A stretch of DNA of 20,000 nucleotides from an uncultured virus (IMG/VR IMGVR_UViG_3300021093_000048) (lineage: Duplodnaviria; Heunggongvirae; Uroviricota; Caudoviricetes). Positions 1 through 10,102 of the stretch are shown one piece after another. Under the pieces are notes generated by a model. The model searched no databases, had not been told where the DNA came from, and saw only the letters and a program-made list of their open reading frames with translations. Numbering within the stretch: position 1 is the stretch's first letter; each line of letters begins with the position of its first letter. Both the position numbers and the translations under genes were made by a program. The stretch lies in IMG/VR virus record IMGVR_UViG_3300021093_000048. One strand, 5' to 3'.

Positions 1-3000
1 TTGACTGGACTGTTCCAGTCATGACTTCAATACCATTTACGTAAGCAGTAAAAACATTACCAGATTTTCTTAATCCAATAAATTGCCAACGATCATTGAA
101 CCACATATTTGTTTGCGATGATTCTAATGATCCAGAGGCCGCTGTTAATGCTGTTACATTATTAGTAACTGTAAGTTTTAACTTACCAGTGGAAATATCA
201 TATCCTAGCCATAGACCTCCAGTTGTGGTTGTTGCATCACCTATTGCAAATAGGGTTATATTAGTATTTGATGAGTGCTGTATGGATGATGGTTTATGAA
301 CCAACATATCAAATGTCCAATCACCAGCAAGTTTACTACCTAAAGCAGATCCCAAATGCTTTATGTAAGCAGTTACGGTTGTTGCAATCGTAGTAGTGTA
401 ACCTCTTATTGTTGCATAACCACTCCCAAATATTAATGCTTGATTTGCTCCAGATCCAGTACCAACTAAAGTTGGAGTATAGTGATTTGTTTTATCATAT
501 GCAGTGTTTCCTGTTGCATCTCCAATCACAGGAGCCCCGTTAAAATCGTAGACAAATTCATTCCTATTAATGTAAGATTGCCCAAATACATAATTATCAC
601 CAGAATTATCAGTTTCGATAGTGATTGGATAGAAACCTTCAATATTAGATCCAGATGTAGATGGTATAAATCTTTCTTTAGTATGAGTTAGTAGAGTGCC
701 ATCATATTTAATTTTTACATTTCCACCATAAATCTCACCAGAATAATTTGTGTTTGCTCCAACTGGTAGAGTTTCTGCTGAAGTATTTACTGCGCTATAC
801 GCAAAATGAAGATCACCAAAAATATCAACTGAAGATTTGGTTGCTACTTTGGTGCTATTTGATCCAGTAGTATATCTGTAATTCCATATCTGATTGCCAC
901 TTTGATCATACTTACCAACCCAGAAACTATCAGTAATTGATGGAGTTGCTTTTAATCTACATGTAGCAACAACATATAACTCACCATATTCATCAGATGT
1001 TAGATTTATATCAGTAAATGCATAATTTGCATTGGATTGCTCTTTTATCCACACAACTTCTATAGAAGTTGATAATACTGTAACTTTTCCTAAAGATAGG
1101 TTAGTATTAGTAGATGAAGATGTTGTAGAAGTTTCTAAGGTAAAGAATAAAGATCCATCTACCAACTGCATTGAGGTTAATTTTTCAGATCCAGTAGCTG
1201 AAGCTAATTTTCTCTTAGTAACAAAAGAACCAGCTGTATCAATTACACCAATAAATGCATCAAAAGCAGATGTAGAATTTGTATTTGTGAATCCTCCGAT
1301 TGCAAATCTATTTGTTGAAATTTTTACAAGAGAAGTGATATTATCAGATCTTGTAGATCCAGAAATACCAGCATATGCCTTTTGAAATGATAAACTTGCA
1401 CTCAATCCATCTACAGCCTCTGTGTATTTTACTAAAATAATATCTGGATTATAAACAGAAAGAGAACTACTATTTGGAGAATTTTGTCCGACAATCCAAA
1501 TATTGCCATTATCGACCACCATCTTCTTAAATTCAAGATTTGTCGGTACACCAACTGGAAGATTTGAATTGAGAGTTTTTGAATATTCTTCTGCTCCATC
1601 TGCGGTCAACTTAGAGAAAAATCCAATTGTATTACCGTTACTATCAACAGATGATCCACAAATGTATACTTGTTTCGATGTTGTAACTATAACATCATTG
1701 ATCTTAATCTTTGATTGTCCTCCAGATGCACGAGAGACCCAATATTGCGCTTTTTTGAATATTTGAGGATGTGAAATTAGGAGACGTGGATTACTAGTAT
1801 ATGAATTTCCAGAATTAGTAATATTAACTTGCGAAATAGCACCAAGGCTATCTACTACAGATTCTACAGATCCAGATTTCCCATCACCACTAACCGTAAT
1901 TACTGAAGGAATATCTTCGTTATATCCACTACCGTTTTGAGTAACTACAATTTCTTCGATACCCTTAAATTGACGAACAACAAATGTTTTATTTGTATTG
2001 TCCATTATTGGACTATAGTCAACATAAATTTTATCACCACTCAATAAAGTATGTGGAACTGTAGTTGTGATTGTGCCATAAATTTTATCATCTAAAATTT
2101 CATAAGTATAAGCTTCTACTTTTTCTCCTCCAATTCTGGAAATTCTAGCTGAAGCTCCATTTCCATTAGTACCAGTATTATCAAATATTAGAATATCATT
2201 AACTTGATAGTTTTGTCCTGGATTTTCAACTGTAAATCCTGTTACAGAGGCATCTTCAAATTTTGTAGTAGTTTCTACTTCAATATCAACTTTAGAATCA
2301 AATTTAACTTTTGGAAAATAATCAAATATCTGAAGAGGTGCCTCTTCTAATATTTCATCTGGATCAGAAGTTTCATCAGGAGATATGATGCCATCTCTAT
2401 TTTCATCTTCAATTTCAAATCTTAGAATATCCCCATTTTCTAGAGTAATTGAATTTTGAGATGCATTTGGAGTTCTTTCAACATCAATATCAACATTCTC
2501 ATATGGATCACGATATCTGACAACTCCAGTTGGAATATTCTGCTGAATTGCAGAGGCACTCAAATTCCATTCATCAACTAAAGAATTATAATTTGGACCG
2601 ATTATGTATGGGAAAACAGGATTGCCATCTGCACTAGCATCAATGGTTATAAAATAGCAGTACTGACCATTAGGAAAATCTGGTGTTTTACAGAATCTAC
2701 CATTATATTGATCTAAATCACCACTTGCAAAATTATATTCGTAATCTTCAACAAAATCACCAACAGGATATTCATCTAATGAAGGCCCCTGCACTCTTGC
2801 TGGATATGGATTAATTATAGAATCATAGATTACATTAGATTTTAATGCATAGGAACTACGCATTCTAGAAATTGGTGATGTAGTGCTAGTAGGGTCAGAA
2901 AATGCATAAGGACCGTAAATTGGATTTCCATCAAACGCCCAACCCAAAATAGGAGAATGCTCAAGTTGCTCAGTTTTCTCTTGAATTTCGTCATTTACAA

Positions 3001-6000
3001 TAAACAGATTATCACCAAGAATATATCTTAATCTTTGTGGATTTGAAACGTGAGCATACTCTCCGCCATACTGAGTATTATACCCAGTGAAAATTGATCC
3101 TCGTGCAGAATCGTAAGTTGTAGTTTTTTCAAGATTAAATGTCCATTCTGATAATTGTGCATCAAATACTGCATTTTGACCAATGGAGGTTAAATTTATC
3201 AATGTTGTACCAGACTTATATCCAATACCCTTGTTTAAGATCACAATAGATGTGACTTTTCCAGCATTTTCGCCATCTAAGTCAATAACTGCTCTAGCAA
3301 CAGCACCAAAACCTTCCCCCTGTATTGTTACTTCTGGAGCGGTAGTATATCCAACACCGCCAGAAATTACTGCAATAGATACAATTCTACCATTGCTAAT
3401 AATTGGTTGAGCAGCTGCGCCAACGCCAGAGCTTAGGGTTACATTTGGATCTGCTGTATAATCTTCACCTCCATCCGTAACTAAAACACTTTTAATCGGA
3501 CCTCTTACAACTGCGGTGCCAGTTGCGCCAGAACCACCGCCGCCGACGATACTAATCTCAGGTTTTGATGTATATCCAGATCCACCATTATTGATCAGTA
3601 TATTAGATACCTTACCTTTTGTAATAATTGCTGTTGCTGAAGCACCAGATCCACCTCCACCAACAATAGACACTAGTGGGCTGGAAGTATACCCATTACC
3701 TTGATTATCTACTTTGACTGCAGTTAAAGATCCATCAACAATAACTTTTGCAGTTGCTCCAGATCCACCACCATCAGATATAGTTAAGACGGGTGGATTC
3801 CCAGCATCATATCCAGATCCAGAATTTTCAATAAGAATTTGTTTAACAAAACCATATTTTTTTGTTTCTGCAGATTTATATGACCATACAGATACTCCGT
3901 TAATTAGTGTGGCGATAGATCCTGGAAGAGTGGCATTTTTTGTAGATCTTGTCTGTGTTACCAAGGAAAATCTATTTAATTTTCTTTGATTACCTGGAAG
4001 AAGAGCAGATCCAACAAAAGGTCCAATATTATAGTTAGGAATACCAGTAGAAGCTACATACACATAATCCGTGTTGAAAAATGCATTTTGTACATTCGTA
4101 GTGTATGGTGAAATAGCGGTATTAATTGAAGTAGTTAAAGATTTGCCCTTATTCAAATCAACAGAGATAAGGATTGTACCTTGAGGATTTAAAGTTGCTG
4201 GTTGAGGTAACTGATATTGGAAAACAGTATCCGAATCTCTAGAAGTAACTTCAAACGTTCCATTATAAATGGTTGGGTTTGCACCATATATTGTAACTTG
4301 ATCACCAACTAATAATCCATGAGAAACGTCACAAGTAACTGTAGCAAATCTATTATTTACGCCACCAAATGTAAGATTGGTAGCTTTAACAATTTTTTTA
4401 ACGTTATAAATCCAAGTTTTTAGTTGGGGAATATCTGCAGTGCCTCCCAATTTTGAAACTGCTAATTTATCTCCAGGAAAATAATAAGATCCAGTATCTG
4501 TCAGTTTAGTTTGTTGAGCATCAACAATACCAACAATATTCAGCACTACTTCTTGAGCAGTACCGTAATTTAAATATATTTTAAAGTTTGATATAATTTC
4601 AGTGGCAGAATCCCAATTTTGAGGTGTAGTTTTAGAAGATCCCCTAGTGCATTCAATAAACTGATTTAGTGATTTTTCCTTATATCTAACAATTTCATTT
4701 CCATTAATTACAAATTCTCCATTTCTTTCAGGCCAACCAATAGTGGAGTCTACAGTAATAATATTAGTATCTTCTGTAATTGGCTCAGCTAACTTTGTCT
4801 TATATGGAACTACAAATGACCCCTGTATAGATCCAGCAGAAAGCACTAATTCATAAAGTGGTTCTTCGGAAGTTTGAATTGCAAGATAATTCTCAACTAG
4901 AGCAGTTGCATATCTTACATTAGTATCTGCAATATCAGCAAACTGTTGTACTGTAGAATCCTTAATATTAATAGGATCACCGCTTTCTAATGTGGCACGA
5001 AGAACTGTGCCGACAGACCAAGTAGCGGCGGATGGTTTAATAATTTGATCTCTTGGATAAGAAACTGTAGCATTTACACCATACAATAATTTAAAAAGAT
5101 AAGAGATACTTAATGAGGTACCCTTAGTTGAATAAAATGTCTTAATTGTTCTGATTGCATTCCTAACATCAATATTAGCAAAATCTAGTTTAGGAACATC
5201 TGGTAAATATTGCTCAGAATATTTGTCTAATATCTTTCTAACAAAGACAGAATCTAAGCAAGTAATAGAAGATCCACTTAAGTGCTCAGAAGCAGATGTT
5301 GATCCAGAAAATACTGCATTTCCTTCTTCAGTATATTTCAATAATCCACTAGCAGCTCTAGCACATCCTTCAAATTTACACTTTTGATATCCGCTTCCAT
5401 TTCTTACGACCTCAAATCCAGTTACTTCACCATCTCCAATATCGGCAGATGCTAGTGCTGGAGGGGGAGATTGAATGATCACCTTTGGTGGTAAAGAAGA
5501 ACTATAACCTTCACCAAAGTTAGTAATATTAATATCTGTAATCTGACCGTTAAAAATTACTGCTGAAGCTTTAGCACCCACTCCACCAATGTACTGACCA
5601 GTGACAGGATCGACTCTATCATCAACAATATAAACTGATGGTACATCATCGTATCCACTACCACCATCAAGAATTTCAATATCAATTAGTCTTCCAGCAG
5701 CATCAACAGTAGAATATAATACTTGAGCACCAGTTGGTTGTATTACAGCAACTCTAGGTGCAACTTCATACCCCTGGCCAGCATTCACTAAAACTAACTG
5801 AGATACCTCTCCATTGTCATTTAAAACAGCATTAATTTTTGCTTGGATTCCATTTAGTCCTGTTGGTGGAGCAATATAAATTAATGGTGCTGTTGTATAC
5901 CCAGATCCACCACTAATAATTGATATTGAATTCTCGTTTATTACTCCGTTTGTAACTGTAACCGCACCAATTTCTGCACCAGTTGGTTGCTCAAAGGTAA

Positions 6001-7237
6001 TTCTTGGAATGAATGTATATCCACTTCCAGAAGAAATTATATTAATCGAAGTGACAGTGCCGTCCTCAACCACCGCCTCAATAACAGGTGCTTTACTTCC
6101 ATCTATAGTTGGAAGATCAACTTTAACCTTTGGTGGATTATTATCACGATAACCTTTACCACCATTAATTAATTTAATTGATTTAATACCATTTACTAGT
6201 GATGTAACTGATGCACCACTACTACCAGCAGCACCCTTTACAGAAACTTTTGGTGGATATTCAAATCTATATTGAGATCCAGAATTTTTAACGACAACAT
6301 CTACGAGCTCTCCATCATCATTTACACGGGAGAATCCAATTGCACCAGATCCAAAAGTGGGAATAGGAGCCTCAATTGCAAAAATATTTAAATCATTACC
6401 AACTAAAGGAATAAATGAAAACGTTATTTGATCTCCATCTAAAGTGTAATCTTCTCTTGGGACTAATACACTACCATTATAAAATATTAGTAAATATTCA
6501 TCAATAATTGGAGTATAATTTACTCCTTGATTTTTTAATACAAATGTGCTTTTAATTACACTAAACTGAGATGTAATATCATCCAACTCAAAAATGGTGT
6601 TGTCTGAAAATCCTCTTAAATATACAATAGATGTTGATGTTGGATCATCATATTGAGTTTTTTCTGCTGGTGCTACTGTAAAAACAATATCATTTCCATC
6701 AATAGTATAATCTACTTCTGGCACCAATACTCTACCATATAGTGTTACTAACAGGTGCGCTGCAGATGGTACACTTATTGGTGAGTTTTGTAGTTTTAAG
6801 GTAAATCTTTCCTCCTCACCATCAAACAATTCAATAGGATTAAATAAGTTTATCCACTTTAGCTTTACTTGTCCATAGTTTACACCAGGGCTCAGTGCAA
6901 TGCTTGGGGATTGCACTGATTTCTCATAAAAAATTACTTCATTGCCAATTAAAATACTTCCATTCGTTTCTAAGAATCCATCTACGTTTTCAACAACAAG
7001 AGTATCCGACTGAGAAGTAATACTTTCAACAAGAATTGTTGATCCATCTAAAATATTAACGTTTAAATCATCAATATTCAATATATCAAGAAACTGATTT
7101 AAAATATTCTGACCTAAACCAGATTTTTCTTGAGATTTATAGTAATACTCAAGAAATTTTTCAAACAATGGAAAATTTTCTTGAAAATACTCAGGTACAA
7201 GCGTCTTGATTGATTGGGAAACTTTATTAATTGACAT
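1..7237 (-). CDS. gp7: Large baseplate wedge protein (T4 gp7-like, cyanophage type), 3'-partial, >2,400 aa
   Basis: Absent from the ORF track because no stop falls inside the window. ATG at 7237, 5 nt after the gp6 stop, gives MSINKVSQSIKTLVPEYFQENFPLFEKFLEYYYKSQEK. I checked the frame at 2959 and at the window edge (...GNVFTAYVNGIEVMTGTVQS). It contains RTFYSTKGTSLSISYLFKLLYG (~5,080-5,150), many G-x-G-Y-x-x-x-P repeats, a YHYH-like segment and a LamG-like segment. Its position after gp25-gp6 matches T4-like gene order. Confidence 0.85.
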   Translation of the reverse strand, partial: MSINKVSQSIKTLVPEYFQENFPLFEKFLEYYYKSQEKSGLGQNILNQFLDILNIDDLNVNILDGSTILVESITSQSDTLVVENVDGFLETNGSILIGNEVIFYEKSVQSPSIALSPGVNYGQVKLKWINLFNPIELFDGEEERFTLKLQNSPISVPSAAHLLVTLYGRVLVPEVDYTIDGNDIVFTVAPAEKTQYDDPTSTSIVYLRGFSDNTIFELDDITSQFSVIKSTFVLKNQGVNYTPIIDEYLLIFYNGSVLVPREDYTLDGDQITFSFIPLVGNDLNIFAIEAPIPTFGSGAIGFSRVNDDGELVDVVVKNSGSQYRFEYPPKVSVKGAAGSSGASVTSLVNGIKSIKLINGGKGYRDNNPPKVKVDLPTIDGSKAPVIEAVVEDGTVTSINIISSGSGYTFIPRITFEQPTGAEIGAVTVTNGVINENSISIISGGSGYTTAPLIYIAPPTGLNGIQAKINAVLNDNGEVSQLVLVNAGQGYEVAPRVAVIQPTGAQVLYSTVDAAGRLIDIEILDGGSGYDDVPSVYIVDDRVDPVTGQYIGGVGAKASAVIFNGQITDINITNFGEGYSSSLPPKVIIQSPPPALASADIGDGEVTGFEVVRNGSGYQKCKFEGCARAASGLLKYTEEGNAVFSGSTSASEHLSGSSITCLDSVFVRKILDKYSEQYLPDVPKLDFANIDVRNAIRTIKTFYSTKGTSLSISYLFKLLYGVNATVSYPRDQIIKPSAATWSVGTVLRATLESGDPINIKDSTVQQFADIADTNVRYATALVENYLAIQTSEEPLYELVLSAGSIQGSFVVPYKTKLAEPITEDTNIITVDSTIGWPERNGEFVINGNEIVRYKEKSLNQFIECTRGSSKTTPQNWDSATEIISNFKIYLNYGTAQEVVLNIVGIVDAQQTKLTDTGSYYFPGDKLAVSKLGGTADIPQLKTWIYNVKKIVKATNLTFGGVNNRFATVTCDVSHGLLVGDQVTIYGANPTIYNGTFEVTSRDSDTVFQYQLPQPATLNPQGTILISVDLNKGKSLTTSINTAISPYTTNVQNAFFNTDYVYVASTGIPNYNIGPFVGSALLPGNQRKLNRFSLVTQTRSTKNATLPGSIATLINGVSVWSYKSAETKKYGFVKQILIENSGSGYDAGNPPVLTISDGGGSGATAKVIVDGSLTAVKVDNQGNGYTSSPLVSIVGGGGSGASATAIITKGKVSNILINNGGSGYTSKPEISIVGGGGSGATGTAVVRGPIKSVLVTDGGEDYTADPNVTLSSGVGAAAQPIISNGRIVSIAVISGGVGYTTAPEVTIQGEGFGAVARAVIDLDGENAGKVTSIVILNKGIGYKSGTTLINLTSIGQNAVFDAQLSEWTFNLEKTTTYDSARGSIFTGYNTQYGGEYAHVSNPQRLRYILGDNLFIVNDEIQEKTEQLEHSPILGWAFDGNPIYGPYAFSDPTSTTSPISRMRSSYALKSNVIYDSIINPYPARVQGPSLDEYPVGDFVEDYEYNFASGDLDQYNGRFCKTPDFPNGQYCYFITIDASADGNPVFPYIIGPNYNSLVDEWNLSASAIQQNIPTGVVRYRDPYENVDIDVERTPNASQNSITLENGDILRFEIEDENRDGIISPDETSDPDEILEEAPLQIFDYFPKVKFDSKVDIEVETTTKFEDASVTGFTVENPGQNYQVNDILIFDNTGTNGNGASARISRIGGEKVEAYTYEILDDKIYGTITTTVPHTLLSGDKIYVDYSPIMDNTNKTFVVRQFKGIEEIVVTQNGSGYNEDIPSVITVSGDGKSGSVESVVDSLGAISQVNITNSGNSYTSNPRLLISHPQIFKKAQYWVSRASGGQSKIKINDVIVTTSKQVYICGSSVDSNGNTIGFFSKLTADGAEEYSKTLNSNLPVGVPTNLEFKKMVVDNGNIWIVGQNSPNSSSLSVYNPDIILVKYTEAVDGLSASLSFQKAYAGISGSTRSDNITSLVKISTNRFAIGGFTNTNSTSAFDAFIGVIDTAGSFVTKRKLASATGSEKLTSMQLVDGSLFFTLETSTTSSSTNTNLSLGKVTVLSTSIEVVWIKEQSNANYAFTDINLTSDEYGELYVVATCRLKATPSITDSFWVGKYDQSGNQIWNYRYTTGSNSTKVATKSSVDIFGDLHFAYSAVNTSAETLPVGANTNYSGEIYGGNVKIKYDGTLLTHTKERFIPSTSGSNIEGFYPITIETDNSGDNYVFGQSYINRNEFVYDFNGAPVIGDATGNTAYDKTNHYTPTLVGTGSGANQALIFGSGYATIRGYTTTIATTVTAYIKHLGSALGSKLAGDWTFDMLVHKPSSIQHSSNTNITLFAIGDATTTTGGLWLGYDISTGKLKLTVTNNVTALTAASGSLESSQTNMWFNDRWQFIGLRKSGNVFTAYVNGIEVMTGTVQS

Positions 7238-7242
7238 TTATT

Positions 7243-9264
7243 TCAAAAACAAGAGATGCCAGCAATGTCGCCATTATTTGCAATATCTGGAATTACGATG
7301 GTTGGTGGTGTGATCTCAAAATCACTTGGCGTAAGACTATTTAGTGGGATACTGGAAGGTAATGTTGTTCCAATTGGATTAATTGAGATGACTGGAACAA
7401 TCATATCAAAAACAGTAGACGGAGTTGGGGTAATGATAACAGAATTGTTAGACGGAATAATTTGTACTGCAATTTGAATCTGTCCAATACTAGAAGTTGC
7501 GGTAACACTTGTATCAACAACACCATCATTTACAGGTAAAATATTATTGCCAGCACCTATAATACTAACTGGACCAAAACAAATTTGACCAGTTTTATAA
7601 TCAACAGTGCCACCTTTATCATTCGTTACTATTTTACGATTTCCACTGCTGTAATAAACGATTAGATTACCATATCCATCATCTTCAAAATATTGATCCG
7701 TATCTGGTCTATCTAAAGTCCTAAATCTAGATGATCTTATAACTGGCTCTTTTTTACAAGCAGCTGCATCACCTGTATTAGATCCACCAGGGGCACTATC
7801 ATAAATTGGCGATCCAGTACTGACACAATATGTGTTTGTTTGTGCAGGATCTGGTTTAACATACTTTACAAGACTAATCTGTGTTGAAATATCAGCTATA
7901 CATCTATCGGAGTTAGAAACTGCTTTTTGTAATTTAGCTAAGCTAAATTGACCATTAAAGTTATTAATGCCAGTTTGAGAAGCCCATTGAGTAATTGCAT
8001 TTTGTGCGTTGGCACCGATAGCAGAAACACTTCTGCTTGAGCACGCAGGGTCGTAAGTAATGAATATTTTACTATTGATGAAAATTGAATCTGCATCAAC
8101 TACTACTGGTTGAATTGATGCAATCGCATATGGTTTTAAATCATTTGCTATTTGTAATTTAGTAGCAGAGTTTAACTTGGATCCAGTTTTTGTCTTAATT
8201 GCAATAAACACTTTTCCATAAATCGCTGGATATAAACTATCTCCACCAAATGCAACTACAGTTTTTGTATTTGGATAGATTTTTTTAACTATAGTTTCAT
8301 AATCCTGAGTTGTTACTGCTCGATATTGGGCACTATACCATCTTGGAGCAGAATATTTAATTTCTTCTATGGTTTCTTCCTTATCACCAAAACGAGCATA
8401 TTCGGCAATTTGATAGTCAGTTTCATTTACATCATATTCATTACCATTACTATCAATAAAATTACCAATAAAGCTAAAACTCTTAACCCCATTTGCCTTT
8501 TCACCAGAAGTAACTAAGTATTCTAAATCAATAACTTGACCATCACCTAGCTTTGATCCAATTACGCCATCCCCAAAAAAGATTTCATAACGCATATCTT
8601 CAGTTTCACTTAAAAAATAAATTCTATCAATTGACTGCACTCCAGTGACATTTTCAACTTTATTGAATACATTGGATATCGTACTAGTTTTATTATCCCT
8701 AACAGAAACTTTGAGAGTTGATGTATCAACAGAGTCATTAGGAATTACATATCTCTGTCTCGCAAAAGTGTTAACACTATAGGAGAAATTTACAATTGAT
8801 CCCTCCATCAATTTAACACATCTAAACTCCCCAATACCTGTAGTTTGATTTACTTCAGTCGTCATTGGATCTAAACGATTCCAAATAAAATTTCCACCTT
8901 GAGCGGTAGGTCCAGTAATCAAAGTAATGTTATTTGGATATGTGCCATCTTCACCAACTTGGGTTTGGACTTGTAGATGTAGATAGCAATATGCAGCAGT
9001 GACTGATTTTGGAGTATAATTTAATGCTTTTACTATATTGACAACATTATCTCTAACGGTGGCTGAAGCTAAAAATGCTTCATTCATCGACATATTTGCA
9101 TTAAAAGCAACATAATATGTGTTATATGCTAATATGTCGATCATGTACGACAATGCAGATCCCTCAAACTCATAATCACTAAATTCTGATCGAGTTCTTA
9201 GATAACTTTTAATTGAAGACTTAATATCTTCAAAATCTAGTGCTGTTAAGTTAGTGGGTAGCAT
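7243..9264 (-). CDS. gp6: Baseplate wedge subunit gp6
   Basis: 673 aa. N-terminal LDFEDIKSSIKSYLR..FSDYEFEGSALSYMIDILAYNTYY, and the motifs YEIFFGDGVIG and QYRAVTTQDYE, are typical of T4-like gp6. Adjacent to gp25. Confidence 0.93.
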   Translation of the reverse strand: MLPTNLTALDFEDIKSSIKSYLRTRSEFSDYEFEGSALSYMIDILAYNTYYVAFNANMSMNEAFLASATVRDNVVNIVKALNYTPKSVTAAYCYLHLQVQTQVGEDGTYPNNITLITGPTAQGGNFIWNRLDPMTTEVNQTTGIGEFRCVKLMEGSIVNFSYSVNTFARQRYVIPNDSVDTSTLKVSVRDNKTSTISNVFNKVENVTGVQSIDRIYFLSETEDMRYEIFFGDGVIGSKLGDGQVIDLEYLVTSGEKANGVKSFSFIGNFIDSNGNEYDVNETDYQIAEYARFGDKEETIEEIKYSAPRWYSAQYRAVTTQDYETIVKKIYPNTKTVVAFGGDSLYPAIYGKVFIAIKTKTGSKLNSATKLQIANDLKPYAIASIQPVVVDADSIFINSKIFITYDPACSSRSVSAIGANAQNAITQWASQTGINNFNGQFSLAKLQKAVSNSDRCIADISTQISLVKYVKPDPAQTNTYCVSTGSPIYDSAPGGSNTGDAAACKKEPVIRSSRFRTLDRPDTDQYFEDDGYGNLIVYYSSGNRKIVTNDKGGTVDYKTGQICFGPVSIIGAGNNILPVNDGVVDTSVTATSSIGQIQIAVQIIPSNNSVIITPTPSTVFDMIVPVISINPIGTTLPSSIPLNSLTPSDFEITPPTIVIPDIANNGDIAGISCF

Positions 9265-9680
9265 TAGGGGCGTTGTAATACAAACTGAATTGACTCTATA
9301 GTGGGCAATCCAACAATTTGGTATTCCAAGTCAACACTTATAGAATTGGTATCATAATCTGGTATGCATAAAATATTAGTAACGATAACTCGTTTCTCAT
9401 AATTTCTGATTGTATTTAGTATTTCACTTTGAATAGAATCCATTAAAAATGGATCTAGTTGCTCAAATAAGAGTTGTCCTACACTAGATCCAAAATTAGG
9501 ATTAAAAAGTTTTTCGCTAGGATTTGTTAGTACAATATTTTTGATTGACTGTTTAATTGCCTCAGCATCTTTTACCTCAGATACATCTGCGGTAAAGTAA
9601 TTTCTGAATAGTCCAACAGAAATATCTTTAAAACTTCTAGATTTTATAAAATCAGAACCTTTAAGTGGTATGTAAGGCAT
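9264..9680 (-). CDS. gp25: Baseplate wedge subunit gp25 (GPW/gp25 family)
   Basis: 138 aa with AIKQSIKNIVLTNPSEKLFNPNFGS...LLFEQ...IRNYEKRV, the GPW/gp25 signature. Its stop overlaps the gp6 start by 1 nt. Confidence 0.93.
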   Translation of the reverse strand: MPYIPLKGSDFIKSRSFKDISVGLFRNYFTADVSEVKDAEAIKQSIKNIVLTNPSEKLFNPNFGSSVGQLLFEQLDPFLMDSIQSEILNTIRNYEKRVIVTNILCIPDYDTNSISVDLEYQIVGLPTIESIQFVLQRP

Positions 9681-9871
9681 TAATGCATCCTCTCTACATA
9701 ATCGTCAAATCCTCCAGGACCACCACACCATCTAGAAAATCTATCCCTTGGGGGATTTTTAATAGATTTTTTTAAATAAATTTCAGATTTTGGATCAGTT
9801 ATTAATACTTTAGTACCAAAATCGTCATTCATCATTTGTGGTACATTATCAGGGATGGGATGATTTGCCAT
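9680..9871 (-). CDS. Small hypothetical protein, first gene after the putative late promoter
   Basis: 63-aa ORF (MANHPIPD...DFGTKVLITD). Its stop overlaps the gp25 ATG (TAATG), indicating translational coupling. Confidence 0.75.
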   Translation of the reverse strand: MANHPIPDNVPQMMNDDFGTKVLITDPKSEIYLKKSIKNPPRDRFSRWCGGPGGFDDYVERMH

Positions 9872-9923
9872 ATCTCTAAAAACTGGGTTACCAGAACTTT
9901 TAGAGGGGTTGCCATCCCTGATA
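9847..9923 (-). promoter_or_regulatory. Nested inverted repeat forming a structured 5' leader around the 9871 start codon
   Basis: Perfect 12-bp IR TATCAGGGATGG (9847-9858) / CCATCCCTGATA (9912-9923). It encloses an 8-bp IR CTCTAAAA (9874-9881) / TTTTAGAG (9898-9905) and a 4-bp IR CTGG/CCAG (9883-9894). Confidence 0.6.
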
Positions 9924-9931
9924 TATTTATC
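9924..9931 (-). promoter_or_regulatory. T4-type late promoter (GATAAATA)
   Basis: Matches the NATAAATA late-promoter consensus of T4-like phages. It is intergenic, ~50 nt upstream of the ORF63-gp25-gp6-gp7 run. Confidence 0.7.
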
Positions 9932-9950
9932 AGGCGTTTAGATAAAAGTA

Positions 9951-10100
9951 TTATTTACCTTGACCACGATATCTCTTTTTACGTTCATTACGTGATGTCG
10001 CGCCAAGATGTGTATTTGCACTTCTACCTTGACGAGTTTTCTTTGGAGCTCCTTGAGTATAATTACCCTTTACAAGACCGACTTTAGATTTTACTGCCAT
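9951..10100 (-). CDS. Small, highly basic hypothetical protein (49 aa)
   Basis: The likely start is ATG 10100, just after the PAAR stop: MAVKSKVGLVKGNYTQGAPKKTRQGRSANTHLGATSRNERKKRYRGQGK. I recall KKTRQG...YRGQG small proteins next to gp25 in T4-like cyanophages. Confidence 0.75.
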   Translation of the reverse strand: MAVKSKVGLVKGNYTQGAPKKTRQGRSANTHLGATSRNERKKRYRGQGK

Positions 10101-10102
10101 AA

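Noticed and set aside
3180..6400. G-x-G-Y repeats in gp7 as a DNA repeat array or DGR target
   Set aside because: They are degenerate protein-level repeats common in cyanophage structural proteins. I saw no near-identical DNA pair and no reverse transcriptase.
96..8517. Short plus-strand ORFs over gp7 and gp6
   Set aside because: They are antisense shadows of long minus-strand structural genes with no recognisable motifs.
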